A DNA stretch of 54,451 nucleotides, counting the filler, from Sphacelaria rigidula (lineage: Eukaryota): NCBI GenBank assembly GCA_964200075.2. It is 3 parts of 3 records of this genome, joined end to end, with 100 filler letters (N's around TTAATTAATTAA, not from the genome) between each part and the next. Parts side by side here need not be neighbours in the genome. Positions count along the whole stretch, not along the records: positions 1 to 18,087 come from CAXNAA020000922.1; 2 more parts are not named here. The stretch is one strand, 5' to 3'. Numbering within the stretch: position 1 is the stretch's first letter; each line of letters begins with the position of its first letter. Below, one piece after another: positions 1 to 13,059 of this stretch. The position numbers were made by a program, and so were the translations under genes. The notes under the pieces are model-generated. The model searched no databases, was not told where the DNA came from, and saw only the letters and a list, made by a program, of their open reading frames with translations.

Positions 1-423
1 GACGTGTAGCTGTAAGCACACACAAGTGATGGAGGTAAAGAAAAGCACACGTGGAATAAAAAAATGACTCACTTAAAGCGAATGATCAAAGCCACTCTCA
101 ATCGTATCATCTACTACTTCCTGTACTCTCAATCTCACGAAAACACTGTTAGTAGTGAGATGTGGAGTTTCAACCCATTCTCACTCGGTACGAGTAGCAG
201 TACCGTAAACACATCCACTATACTCCTGTCGTCGAAGAACTCGCTGCGAGCTCAACACGCACGGAATCACGGTATAATGCCATTGAATGTATATATATGC
301 CATTAGTTAGATTCATAGTACACGTGTATGTGTGGTCCGCGACTATGTAGTAGAAATGGTCTGAGATGCGGTCGTGTTTCCCATGGTGTTGGGACGATAC
401 GAAACAACAGCAGCAGCAGTAAA

Positions 424-849
424 CAGCGGATTCTCAAAAGTGGGCTTAAACACAAAACGAAAATGAGGTTAGACTCAAAAGTTGTGCTTTCCCCGACCTA
501 AAGTAATAAAAAATGGCTTTCATATCGACCTCATTCCTTCTGACCTCCCTAAAACTATTTCGGGTGTTTTTTAGCCTTTCGTTCCCCCGAAGGATATGTT
601 GTGCGAAAGCATATTTTCGCTTCGATTTCGGGGTGAAAAAGGGACGCTTTTTGGCTAAAAAATCGCGCTTTCGCACCCATCCTTTGGGGAAACGGAAGGC
701 TAGAAATTCCCCGAAATTGTTTTACGGGGATCGGGATGGATGGGGTCGTCCATATGAGAGTAATTTGTCATGACTGTAGGTCAGGGAAATCACTGCTTTT
801 GAGTATAGCCTCTCATTTTTTGTTCAACACCATTTTTGAGAGTGCGCTG
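424..849. mobile_element. MITE / non-autonomous DNA transposon with ~75-bp imperfect TIRs (CAGCG...CGCTG)
   Basis: 424-500 (CAGCGGATTCTCAAAAGTGG...ACTCAAAAGTTGTGCTTTCCCCGACCTA) is an imperfect reverse complement of 777-849 (TAGGTCAGGGAAATCACTGCTTTTGAGT...CCATTTTTGAGAGTGCGCTG). No credible coding capacity inside; TSD unclear. Confidence 0.75.
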
Positions 850-2251
850 TTAAATGCGTCCGGCATAGTCGACAGAACAACATGGTTTGTAGTATGCATG
901 GCGGTGCATATTTGCGCAGGTTCAGCACAGACAGCAGTCGCAGTACAATGCGATCAGCGCAATGACGGTATCGATGAAAGCACTGTGGGCGTGTACAAAA
1001 TATTGTGGTGGACTGTACTGTAGTTGAGTTAACCCTTGGACGGCGAGGGTAGGTTATATGTTGAATCGGCATCAATTTCACTTGAAAAAAGTATGTATGA
1101 ATGATCCAGATGGACTACTCTCGCGGTGTAAGGGTAAAGATGAACTCGAAACGCCATCGTACCACACACAACAAGGTCGAAGCTTGTCCCTTGCCCCCGC
1201 CTCCCTCCTCGTGCTTACCGCCTCCTCCATTTTATTCACTGCGCTGGGACTCGACATGATAAAGATCCACCGGTTCCATGAACCGTCTTGAGACACTTCC
1301 AGAACGTTCATTCTCGTATCCTTCACGACTTATGTGGCTTGGGGTCACTCGGGGGCAAATCAGGGGCGGAGACAGAAATAGCTACGCTGCGGAGCTGAAG
1401 GATTCGTCATCATTCTCAGCGCCGGTCTGAATCCGCCCAGCAAGATCGAGATCCAAGTCAAGACGACATCAAGCAGCACAAATATCTCAGGTAAGACTCC
1501 AAGAATTTTGCATGTTGTTGGCTATATCTCATCATCCTTCTTCAGCTTGCTCGCGCCGACGACCACGAGAGTAGTTCTGCGCGCAGTTCTAGGGAAAGCC
1601 TGACTGGACCATTTACATTTATCGCGAATACACTATAATAATCGTAGGCCTCACAGAACCAACCATGTGGTGCCAGGCAGGTGTCGCGCATATCGCGCGC
1701 TCTCTTCATCACAATAGCAGCAGTAGGGAGAGCAATATATATATACAGCCTAGACACATATGCGAGACACTCCGACACCTTCAATGAAATCGGCCTGCGG
1801 ATGTTTCCGAGGCGATTCCTTGATTTCCTTGGAGTAAAATGAAGCGAAAGTTCGTTCAGAATCGAAAGATCCGCCGTTATGTCTGCCCGCAACACTCCAT
1901 ACTCCTACAAATTCTTTCAAATTATTTTCTGCGAGATTGTTTTCATACAAAAAGATATGCAAAAATGCCAAATGTTGTCCACAGTTCTCTGCACGAGCTG
2001 GCCTGACCTGATGCACAGTTCTCTGATCGGCAACCTCCTTACCCCCACTCTTCTGCCAGTACTGCCTACACCACAGCAGCAAGCCAGCCAAGCGCCCCAT
2101 CACTTCAAACGGTTCCTATCAGTCACCAGTAGTAGCTGCTGGAAGCCTAAGATACTTGATCGCCACACGACGATAAAGAGCCAGTGCAGTGCAGTAACAA
2201 CAAAGAGTACAGCAGCACAACAGCAGCAGCACAAAGCTACTAAGGAAGGCA

Positions 2252-2316
2252 CCAGCAGTAGCAGCAGCAGCGGTAGCAGCAGCAGCGGTAGCAGCAGCAG
2301 CAGCAGCAGCAGCAGC
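2252..2316. repeat. (AGC)n-rich microsatellite, probably the 5' UTR of the WW gene
   Basis: CAG/TAG/CGG triplet run ending ~10 nt before the ATG at 2326. Confidence 0.85.
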
Positions 2317-2325
2317 AAAAGAGAG

Positions 2326-2362
2326 ATGGCGAGTTACGGCCACGGTAACGAGACCAAGCAGG
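2326..2362 (+). CDS. Putative first coding exon of a small WW-domain protein (MASYGHGNETKQ-)
   Basis: ATG at 2326 after the CAG tract. Donor G|GTACGT at 2363 is phase 1, matching the phase-1 acceptors at 4422 and 4672. Confidence 0.45.
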
Positions 2363-4421
2363 GTACGTGCGCGTGTGTGTATCAGTTAAGGATCAGCTGT
2401 TGTTCAGTACTAGTCAGTATAAGAAGTACCTGTACGTAGAGTGACATCGCTATAAAGATTGGCATCGCCAACCAAAAACTGGCTAAAAAACGCCACTTCA
2501 TAGACGCAAATCCGCAAATCCGCGACCGTTTGAACTGTATCTTACGCGATTTTGTAGGCAGTTATCGTACCGTACTGACTACCTGCTGTGGATCCATCGA
2601 CGAAAGAGTATCATCGTTGTGATCATAGATGCAGTATGCTTGATCTCGTCATCGTCGCGATGATGAAGCTCTCTCTGCCGGTCTCCGCAGCAGTAGCGGC
2701 AACAACATCAGCATCGTCGTTAGCAGCAGTTCCAGCGGAATAATCTTGCACGATTAGATACGACGACAACAACGACAGAGCCTACTACTTTTATTCTTGT
2801 GGTTGTTCTGAATGAATCGAGGAAAATTGTCGCAAGGATACGTGCGGCTGTCATGTGCGACCTCGTCATCATCGATCAATCGACCCTCTCCTGTATAATG
2901 GCCCAAAACGAAACATCATTTGGTCGCCTGTTTTCATGTCGCAAAGGCCAGGCTTCTATTTCAAGCGAGATCGTCATCGTACGCTTGCTCACCCATACCC
3001 TTTCTCCACACGGGTATCATGGCGCTATGAACAACAGGAATAATGGTGGCAGCCAGCTCGAGGCTAGCTATGGCGTTCTATTGTCTCTGTTTTACTATCA
3101 TGTTGCCCGCGTACCACTTGGATATCGGAGTAAACACACAACAGACACCCCGGCGTTGTAAGATTTTACCCTGACTGTAACCCTATACTGATGAAGACTA
3201 CGAGAAAATATGAATCATACCTGTAGCAGCGCCATTTACTCAAGCTACGTACCAATAGCAAAGTGCATGTGCTCGCATCGTAGAAGCGGAACACCATGGC
3301 GCACGCGTGCTCGGGGGCGCGGCCCACTCGATCGGCTTGGAATTCGAACTGAGGTGTCCTGAGTTCATTGTCAGAGCTTTGAGTAAATATACAACCTTGT
3401 TTTTCAGAGTCGAGGGAGCTACATGGACGTCTCTCCGTCTCCGTCGACACCATCACTCGCTGCAGTATTTTCGAGTAGTAACTCATGTGCCTTTATTATA
3501 CGAGTAGCTCGTTATGGCGCCACAAAGAACGCGAGCACCGTTCTCCAATTTCTCAACAATTTATATCTTCCTTTTCTCACCCGTGACAACATGTACATAC
3601 AGAAGTCAGTTATTTTTGGATGGATCCCTCGATAAAACAATGATACATGCTGAATAGGAAGGGTACCCACCGAGGCAGCTAACCAACAAACTGTTACTGT
3701 CACTGTAATTATTTGAACAGAACGCCGTCATACTACCCATTTATCAATACGAGTATTGCCCCATGGCATTATGCGGTTGGAATAAAACCACTTGATCGCG
3801 AATGACTATGGTGGTCATTTTTTTAATGCCATCTCCAAGCAATGCCTCGCCTTGAGGATAAACGGACTTTCGTCTCGTGGTTTTCCTTTTTTTGTTGAAC
3901 GGTGTACCCATCATTTGTTTGCTGCATCGTTTAGCATTGGGACTCACAATGACGTGAAAGACAGCGAATCCGTTCGAGCCCTGGCCGTTGTGATGAAGCT
4001 CAGAGGCGTTGCAAGGAACGTCTGCTTTTGATTTGCCGATTCGTGAGAACCAAGCAAGGCTTTTACTTACGGTGGTGGTGGTAGTGACAACCCGCTTCAC
4101 ATCCTTTGTTCGGTGAATCAATGAGAGACTGTTCCCGTACCAAAAAAATGGGGGAGCGTTGACTTGACATGCCCTGCGACAAACGTGAGGAGGTCCATCT
4201 CTCTCTCTCCCTCTCTTTACACATCTATGGTTCTCACGTTGACTCCGTCGTCTCTAGTGATGAACCCATCTCTCCCCTGGTTGGTACACACCTTATCATT
4301 TTGATCTCGCATATTAGATCAGCACTAGCTCCGGCACCGCGTCGACTGTCTTGAAAACAAATCCGAGAAATGGACGATTCCTGCTACTCACGCCCTCACG
4401 TTTTCTTCGACGGAAAACCAG

Positions 4422-4499
4422 ATATTCCTGAGAAAAGAGCCAAGCTAGACGCATCTGGCGGGAACCGAACCTGCATTTTCCCTGTCCTAACGGTGTCAG
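4422..4499 (+). CDS. Possible internal or cassette exon of the WW gene (DIPEKRAKLDASGGNRTCIFPVLTVS)
   Basis: CAG acceptor at 4419-4421, donor AG|GT at 4500. Symmetric phase 1-1, 78 nt, open frame. Confidence 0.3.
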
Positions 4500-4671
4500 G
4501 TGCACCACTAGGTAACCGGAGGGTGGTTGCTGTATGGTATTATTTTGGTACCCAGAGGTTTAATATCAACGTCTGCCACAAACACCACGTAAAGCAGTGT
4601 AACCACCTCACCGCGATCAACCTCACTCCACCTTGTTCTCCACTTTGCTACCTGCCCACTTTCATCCACAG

Positions 4672-4838
4672 GGCCGTCAGGGTCAGGCAGCAACGCATCG
4701 GGTGGAGCCTCGTCCGCTCAAGGCGGCGCTGGCGGTGGTGGGGCACAAATGTGGGAGGAGACGTACGACGGCTACGGCAATACTGTCTGGGTGAATGCTC
4801 AGACGGGAGCGCTAGTACGAACAAATCCGTACGCATGA
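4672..4838 (+). CDS. Terminal exon: Gly/Ser linker plus WW-like domain
   Basis: Pyrimidine tract + CACAG acceptor. Translation (frame not in the ORF track) is PSGSGSNASGGASSAQGGAGGGGAQMWEETYDGYGNTVWVNAQTGALVRTNPYA*, matching the WW pattern W-E-x3-D-x2-G-x2-(aromatic)-x-N-x2-T-G-x5-P. TGA at 4836-4838. Confidence 0.7.
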
Positions 4839-5222
4839 TGAAATAAGGGAATTCGCACATGTAATAGATGTGTCTCGTTAGAATCCGCTGTTTGTATAGG
4901 GGGTGTTTCTGCGGGTTATTCCCCTGAACATATATGAGAAGTGCAGTAGATACTGAGCGAAAAAGCGGGCGCTCGCGCGAGATATGGTGGCAAAAATATT
5001 GTAGTAAGGAGGAGTGTGAAGAAAATGAACAAATATAGATGCCACCCAGCAGTCGCTGGTAGTCAACTTTGGTGGTGTGGTGTGATAAATAGGTTTATTA
5101 CGCATGCATGAAGATTGCCCGTGCAGCGGTACAGTTTTGAAAGAAGGGTCGACTATTCCCACTACGCAAACAAGTAGCTGAATTAGTTTTGATAAAATGC
5201 TTCTCGTTCATCCCGGTTGCGG

Positions 5223-5224
<2 letters not shown>

Positions 5225-5290
<66 letters not shown>

Positions 5291-5348
5291 TAGTTGGTTG
5301 GAGGGGGGTTGGGGTTTTTGATGGGTTTTGGGCGCAACNNNNNNNNNN

Positions 5349-5383
<35 letters not shown>

Positions 5384-5410
5384 GGGGGGATAGAGGGGGG
5401 GCAGGGGGGT
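5225..5410. repeat. Long poly-G tract containing a 10-N gap (5339-5348)
   Basis: Seen directly. The true length is unreliable. Confidence 0.9.
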
Positions 5411-7995
5411 TAGTGCGGGTGATATTCGGTTGACAATGGTCTGGAGTCTTCACTGTATTGTCGGCCAAACCTGGGATGACTACGCTGTGGGTTATGAAAC
5501 TGCTGCGAAGTAGCTGACTCCATTGAGAAGATATTGTGGTCGAGGATAGGACATTCTCGGCAAGTTTCCCCTCGTCTGTGCCTGTATGAAAGACGCGAAC
5601 GCCACGGCGACACGTGCAATACTCTTGCGAAAAACAGGGCGTGGTGACTGACGAGGGGAGGGGAGGAAAAGAAAAATGGTGTTTGTAAACATTTTGTTGA
5701 AATAAGCCAGCATGCAGATATGCAGATTACTGGTTTGTGTATCAGAAAGAGGCATGCATGCCTGTGAAACTACTACAGTGTGTGTGTGGCCTCATGTTCG
5801 TGGTCGTAGGGCTATAGCCCTATTTCGTGTACATTCCGGCCTACCTCTCAGTTGGTATGATCGAAACATGCGTCCTTCTTTTGGTGATATGATAGTAAGA
5901 GTGTTTGAATGTACTGTACGGTATCCCCCCTTCGTGGACGATTATTTTTCACATTCGAGAGTGGAGTTTTGAATTTTGTCTGTTCGGTACGTGGTACTAT
6001 AGTGGGTACTCCCGTTTGTTGTGTACGCCATGTTGTGTTTTTGTCAGTCAGAATATCCCTGTGTAAACAGGCACAAATTGATGAGCAGTATGCTTGGGGC
6101 GCGGGAAAATGTACGTGTAGGTGTATTATCAGGTTTGGATTACACTGCGCTGGGCGCTCGTGCACATAGGTTCCATCTACCCGAGAGCGAGACATTGAAA
6201 CTTGTAGAACGTGTGGCGAGGAATGCGTTCAGAGAGAAAGTGGTCGTTCTGATCCGATGAAGGACGGACGGTGTTTCGTACGTTCTCTCGTTCGGAAAGA
6301 CACTGTATTTTTAGTGAAACTGAAAGGGTGCTTTGTTTACCGTGATATCTTCTATCATTGCTACCGAGGAGATTTTGTACGAGCGGCAGGAAGCGTCCAC
6401 ACTTGCGTGTGTGTGTGGTGGTGGTGGTGGTGGTGTGTGGGGGGGTGGTGGTTTGGGGGGGTCAAGAATCACACACACGAACATGTTAGGACATATCTCC
6501 GACTCGGCATTTGTTTCCTCTAGCGTTTTTGGTGGCGTCTGTAACAGAATTACGCGTTTCTCTGCTTTTTGAGCACACATTTGGTCGTCTTCGATCGTGA
6601 AGAACGGCATTGGCGTGACAGGCGATTCCTGATTTATTGATGAGGGTAGGTAGTGTTGTAGCCTCTCTCGAGGGCCCGTGTCTCCCAAATGGATTGCAGT
6701 TCTGCTCCCCCGGGTGGTGAAGGCGGCATACTGGTATTTTTAAGCAGTAATGCGGGACTGTAGATCGCTACGGATGTAAGTACTATGAAGTGTGGTTTTG
6801 TCTTGTCGTTTGCTTTGTGCTGTTTTTCCAGTGTCTGGTTCTCATGAAAAAATATGATGTATCGTCTCCTCAAGATTGTCTTACTCCTGTGCTGCCGGCA
6901 TCAAACAAGGCGGCGGCGGCGGCGGCTACAAAAATTGGTAGGGTCACGCGTTTCCCCCTTCTATTCTGCAGCTCTCATCTACCCGTGAAGTTTGTCTCCC
7001 TTCGCCAATAAGGCGCCCCGAAATGCTAGGCGTGTCCCGTCCATCCAATATCGTTCAAGCCTTGTTCAGCACAAAAAAGGCCGGCGACCCGTCGAGCCCA
7101 GATCTTTGGCAATGGTTGGCCTAACGCGTTCTTCAATCTTCCGACTTGACTGAAACGCGGCGGGAGTAATCATGCGGCTGAAACGACGGCTCGAGCCTGC
7201 TAGTATTGGTGTTCTGTGTTAACGGATTTCCGAGAGTGTCAGTCGAACTATACTCGATGAGTCTCACGGCGGCGAGCGGTAGATAGGAATCACACGTGTT
7301 TCCCACTACGAAATACACGCGACGTGAAAATTGAATAACCTTCGATCATGGTTGGTATGATATCTCAAGAGCCAAAAAGAGAGCGGGTGCTTGCATGTGG
7401 CGATGGAGGCTCAATGGAACGTGACTGTATGTAAGCGGAGACTGATTTGAGGCTACCCTATACAACAATAGGTAAAACAATCACAAACAACTGTCTATGA
7501 TAGAGGACCCAGCAACCCACCGAACCATCCTATCCTCATCCGGTGGCACTGCACGACCGCTTTTGAAATGGAATCCAGAAGCTGTGTTTCGCTCTTTCGC
7601 CGTGGTCCCAAGATCAGTTGACACCACGCAAAAACTCTGCAGCACTCTCTCTCTTCGGGAAGCTACACGATGCATGGCGAAGCAGCACGTCTATTATAGG
7701 CAAACGAGGCCCTTTCGTACTTGCTCGCGTCACAGCCACACCTTTTCTCACAGTCCGCGGTGGATTGTGTTGTATACTGCTTCGCGCTTGATGCTTTAAA
7801 GTTGGTACCAGTCCTCGACAGGCGCGTTAACGGACTATGATGTATAACTTTTCATGTTCAGGCACAGATCGTGGTTCTCTACTGGGGGCATTTGCTTGAT
7901 ATGAAAGACGAAAGAAGGCACGTACGTGCGCCCCGAAGTTGAATGTTTCAGTGCTGCTGCATACTCTACAGAGGATATTTCAACGTTTCCCTTTA

Positions 7996-8302
7996 AGGCC
8001 CATTATTAGGCCCGTTACTATCGACACTGTTTCATCAGAGATGTCGGAATTTTTCAGAGTTTTCGGACACTGCATTCGCACTTCTCCGAAAATGAAGCGG
8101 CTTGATTTTTTCTCCAAGGCTCTTCTTGCAAAGCTTCATTTTTGGGAAAAATCCGGAAAATTCGGACTGCCAAGCAGCACATCGAAGAGCTGCCCTATGA
8201 ATACGCCGTGGCGCTCGCAAGCATACGAGAATGGTTAGGTACCTTGCCAGTACCGACAGTTTCGGAGATCTCCGAAAAAACAGTGTCGATGATAATGGGC
8301 CT
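7996..8302. mobile_element. PIF/Harbinger (Tourist)-like MITE, family A
   Basis: TIR AGGCCCGTTACTATCGACACTGTTT (8008-) pairs with AAACAGTGTCGATGATAATGGGCCT (-8302). There is an extra AGGCCCATTATT at 7996 with a TTA left flank. A second, partial copy lies at ~47197-47438. Confidence 0.75.
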
Positions 8303-11300
8303 GAAGACGTTCAGTGATTCTGATTCGAACTACCGGCGGCGTGCGACTGGTCATACTCCACCACTCTTAGAGCTTGCGTTACTGGTCGAATGAGGGAGTG
8401 AGGCCAGCTATATTGACATAGAGTACCGCAGCCTAAAGCCCGAGCGCGTGTTACAGCACAGTAGGAAAACGAAAAGGATACGCCGGAATTAAAAAAAAAG
8501 GCCGGAATCGAATTGCGGGGTTGCTAATCGAGCGAAATGCGAAGAGCCGTCGCTTTGCGGCGGGCCATGATCCATCACGAAGATGAAGGAAAAGGATGAA
8601 CGAGGGTTTTTCCATACACAAACTACAAGAAAGACACTGAACATCGATCAACTACGACGTTCACAAGTTCGTGAGGGACACGCCAACAAACTTGACGCAG
8701 AGCAGATAATGCCAATCGGTTGGCGTCTGAATCAGAATTGCCAGGTAGACTGCAAGTGTTGCCTATTCGATTTTACTGAGGAATCAGTCGACAAGTTGTC
8801 TCCCGGGCGATGCTACGGTAGGGTTGCACTTTTTGCTCAAAATCGTGTCTGGTTCAGGGGCTCCTAACGGTTCTAGATGCGCAAGAATATGGGTCAGGGC
8901 ATTCTCGTTTGCAAATTCATTCGGGATATCCCTAGCACATTGGAATAGCAATCCTGGCGTACTCTCACATATTTCATAAATCGTGTTTTGGATGAGATGA
9001 GCGGTTCTCAACAACTAGAACCTCAGAAAAAACCGTGCACCCCTACCGTGGCATCCCTCTTCCCTCAAGAACAAATATGCCCAGCTTAACAGAACATGCA
9101 CGGAACTCCGCTCTTGCTCTCTAGTCGATGCCGATGTTGTATTGTCCAAGAGGGCGAACAGTCTCCTTGTTCGGAGACGAGAGAGTACTGTCTACCGTTT
9201 TGACGTGGGGGGGCACAAGATGAGCCGTGCGATGCTTCACCACGGGCAAGCCCCACGCGACACCGGCGTATCTAGGCTGCTTGTCTTTATTCTCACCCGA
9301 CTCTGCACGTGGACGCTAAATTGACACGCACGAAGAAGGCCAAAATATATGAAGGTCATCAAAGCATCTCTGGCTAAGCTCGCCGGGCACTTTTACCGCC
9401 GGGCATCCTGTATACCAAGTCATGGAGCAGCAACAAGGCTCCATAACATGTGCTGAAACCCACAAGACACCATGAAAATTGTTCGTCGTTGTGTTGCATG
9501 AAACCAGGCACCCATTTCTATTCAGGAGCATCTGAACCGTTCAATACAGAGGGAGACCACGCAATAAAAAAATTTACAAAGAAGATTGGGCGACAGTGCC
9601 AGGGATCCTGGGAAAAGACAAAAACACCCGCAAATGTTCGGTCAAACCGTCCTCGTGCCAGCAGCATCAAAACCACCACATGATACAGCAAACCCCAGCG
9701 AAAAACATCGAACGGACCACATCATCGAAGAAACGAAACGCCACGCATCCACGACAACCGTAACGGTAGAGTATCGACCACGGCGGAGACCACCACGATA
9801 ACGTCATCAAACCCAACCGAACGAGACAACAGTGCGGCCTTTACTGTTTCCACGAGGGGTTGAGCCACGCAATCCTCCTCCCCGATGGACGGCACGTCTT
9901 GCTCGCCATTCACCACCACACCCTCATCACCACTCACCAGCATCATCACCATCATCCTTCACCTCGTGAATCGCCGTCACGTTTTTCAGGCACCATGCCT
10001 TTGTCGATATCACTACCAATACCATCACCACTACCCTCAGTCTACTTATCCTTTCTCCCGCCGCCGTCTCTGATACACCACTCCGTTCTCCATAGGAGCA
10101 AGAGCCAGCAACCATAGCATTGTCATTTTCTGGGGATTCTACTGTGCCCGCCGCCCGGGGTAGGAACTATGCACCGACCATTGCCTGTTTTATCCGTCCA
10201 AGCAACGGCGACTGCCTCCATCCGCTCTTCCTCCCCACTCTTGTCCTCATCTCTTGTTCCCTGCTTCCGCCGGCCCCAGACGAGCCGTTGACTTATCTCA
10301 CTTCGCGGCGAAGCTGCTGTGCGACCGTCCTCGACGGCGGTGATGGCGATAATGATTTTGCTTTCAATACTTCACCCGTAGATTTCGAAGCAGTTTGCAT
10401 CGGTCAGTAAGGAAACATCTCAACATCTCGCGGTAGCCATTTGAAGTGCGCTCACGAACAGCATGACTCAATAGGCGACCCGGTTCCGATACAGTACGCC
10501 GTAGCGTAAGCACACCCCCAAAATAAGGAGCGAAGCTCAAGACCGGGTAAATGACAAAGTTGCGGCGAGCGTCTGGGTACCAAGAGCACGCAGCTTTTAA
10601 AAGCGTTTCACTCGTACCACCGGAAATAATAAAATAAATTTTGCGATAAGCCGTCACTAAGGCCAGCCATTTGCAGCACGAGCCTTTCTCGGTGAAATAT
10701 GTTTCGGTAATGAACGATGACCTTTGGTAAAAGCTAGGGGGGGGGCGTCGGCCGTACACCCACGGTGCCAACCCCCAGTTGACTGCCCCCAGAGACTGTA
10801 CAAAACAAACTGGTGTTCACCGTATATATCTGCTTCAATATTCATTTCCACTAGCGTGTCTTTGTACACCCAAAAACGCACATGTCATACGCCAACATAT
10901 GAACAAAGGATTTGCCGCAAAATTACAGCTTGACGGGAAACACAGGTGACGTAGGCTATATTCCAAGCCTTGAGATGTATTCCCGACCTGCCGACTTCAT
11001 GACGTACTCGCATTGTAGGCCAACTAACGTCGGTAACCATGTCTCCGCATGTTGTGAATTTCCGTGCCTACCTGGTTCGAAACCTTGGCGGTGATACACA
11101 GCGCATCCAAAATATATTCTCGTGAGAACGACAATACCGCGTACATTTACACTTGCCTCTCGTAAAGAAAGGGGGAAAAAATGATTGGATCAGCGTCGGA
11201 AAGCTGCGACTGATCACCCCCACCACTCACCCACCGTCCACTTTTGGTATGTACACACATGTACTGTTTACACGAAAGAAAATACCGACCGGTGCCAAAC

Positions 11301-11545
11301 AGCACATCTCAAAAAGACTGAAGACGCATGGCGGCAGCCTGTTCGGTAACAAAACCTGAATGTCTTTCCAACAGTCCTCTCTGTCGAGTGGCTGCGCCCG
11401 TTCGTTCACTTGCAAATCTCCAGTGCTTTCTAGCTCAAGAAAAATTGTTAACAAGTCTCAACAATCAGGAAATCACTAGGAGAACGCTAGGTTCTCCGAC
11501 ACTACCGGAAGCCTCATCTTTCTCGCACACAAACGACACTTGGTA

Positions 11546-11546
<1 letters not shown>

Positions 11547-11577
<31 letters not shown>
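11547..11577. repeat. (CA)n microsatellite
   Basis: Seen directly. Confidence 0.9.
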
Positions 11578-11579
<2 letters not shown>

Positions 11580-13059
11580 GGGACGCTCGCGTGTCTTGAC
11601 TCCACATCAGTACCAATCGTCCGCCAATGCTGCTCGCAACATGAGCTGCGTCATTTTCACTCCGCATCGGTCCGCATCTTCCTTGAACTCGAGGCAATCG
11701 CTGGGATCGTCATCACGCTCTTGCAATTTTCTACACTGGGACCACTGTCACGACAAAAATGAGGCGAAAGGGGCGAGCGGTGAAGGAAGAAAAATAGTCA
11801 AGTCGAGCACGCCAGCGCGAGAGTCGGGGGCGGAGGGCGGGGGCGGAGTAAAGTTCAGCACGGAGACGCGTAGCAGCTGGTATACCATACGCAACCGTTG
11901 GGAAATCTTTGAGGCATCTTCAGCGACGGTTCCGAGCTGAAATTACGTCATCAACATGATGGGTCAAATGCATGAGCACGAGTGGGACTAGGGGTGGGCG
12001 CAGGGGGTCAAGATATGCTGCCGAATCGTGGCCGTTCAGTGGTTCAGGCCATTAATCCGTCGAATAACAACGAACGCCGCTCCGGCAATTATGCCTGGTT
12101 GCTTTGGGTCTCCCAGAGGCGGTTCATGAAGACAACCAGTCCTCTTGACACCTTCGTTCATCGAAACATACGTGTAATTTCCCGGAGGATTTCGAATAGC
12201 ACCTCATTCTACCCTTGCTGGTTACCGGGCGAAAAATATTTTTTAAAGCATGAACGCAACTCTCTCCCCCTAACCTTGTGTTTGCCCTGTCCGCCCGCCC
12301 TGGGGGCCTGATTTCGTGATTCGGTGATGCCGTCCTGATTTGGTGACTTGGTGACGCCGCTTGTAAAAATCTCAGGCAACATCGATTCGCGATGGTTTCA
12401 CCAACTGATGGTCGCACCACACCCATAAACCTCGACTTCAACCCAGACACCATTATTGTCACTTCATCGTGGATGCACTTGCCCTTGTACCTTACTGCTT
12501 CTCCCACACTGAACTGACTCACTTGGTTCATCACACAGGCAATCTTGCATGTCAATGTGTTCTGAAATGGCTTCTAGATACTGCAACCACTATAAACATC
12601 TGGGAAAATTCTTCCCGCTTCTGCACAAAACATCGATTCTTCCCTGACACAGAATCGAGCCTTTCGTGCAGTTGCTTTCGAGTTTTGTCACATTGTGCAC
12701 TCCCGCCCCCAACCCAGCTTGTGGGGGGTGGGTAGGGAAAACCTCATGAATCACCCGTTCACAAACGGTGTGACTCCTCACGTATCCGACCGTTGGCTCC
12801 CATCTGGAGATTGCGCTGAGTACAGTCGCACCAGCCTCCACAAGAACCTAAGCCGACGCGCGGATACAACATGTCTCTCCTACGCTCTCCCCCGCCACAC
12901 CAATGCAATCCATGCCGTAGGGGCAAGACACTCCCGTGCACATGTGACCGACAACTCATTCTCGGCTCCAATTCCGGCATCCAATCCTCTTCGTTGACAC
13001 ATGACTGTACTACTCTTCACTTATCCATTCATTTACCGTATGCTACCGTATCCCTTTCA

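Noticed and set aside
1-16. 16-bp match GACGTGTAGCTGTAAG to 25488-25503
   Set aside because: Too short, at a contig edge and cannot be extended; at most a repeat fragment.
1050-2100. Minus-strand decayed hAT-like transposase
   Set aside because: Only vague resemblance (PHGWF, RRTTL, acidic tail); no diagnostic SxxERxFS motif recovered.
4400-4430. GKPDI shared between the 4370 ORF and exon 17660
   Set aside because: Only a five-residue match, partly in predicted intron, with no wider nucleotide similarity.
5098-5468. Poly-proline ORFs as a formin FH1 domain
   Set aside because: They derive from a pure G homopolymer with an N gap and no third-position variation, on another contig and strand.
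5400-6757. Minus-strand gene with phase-compatible exons 6757-6554 and 5581 downward
   Set aside because: Splice sites and open frames exist, but the peptides are unrecognisable and run into the poly-G gap.
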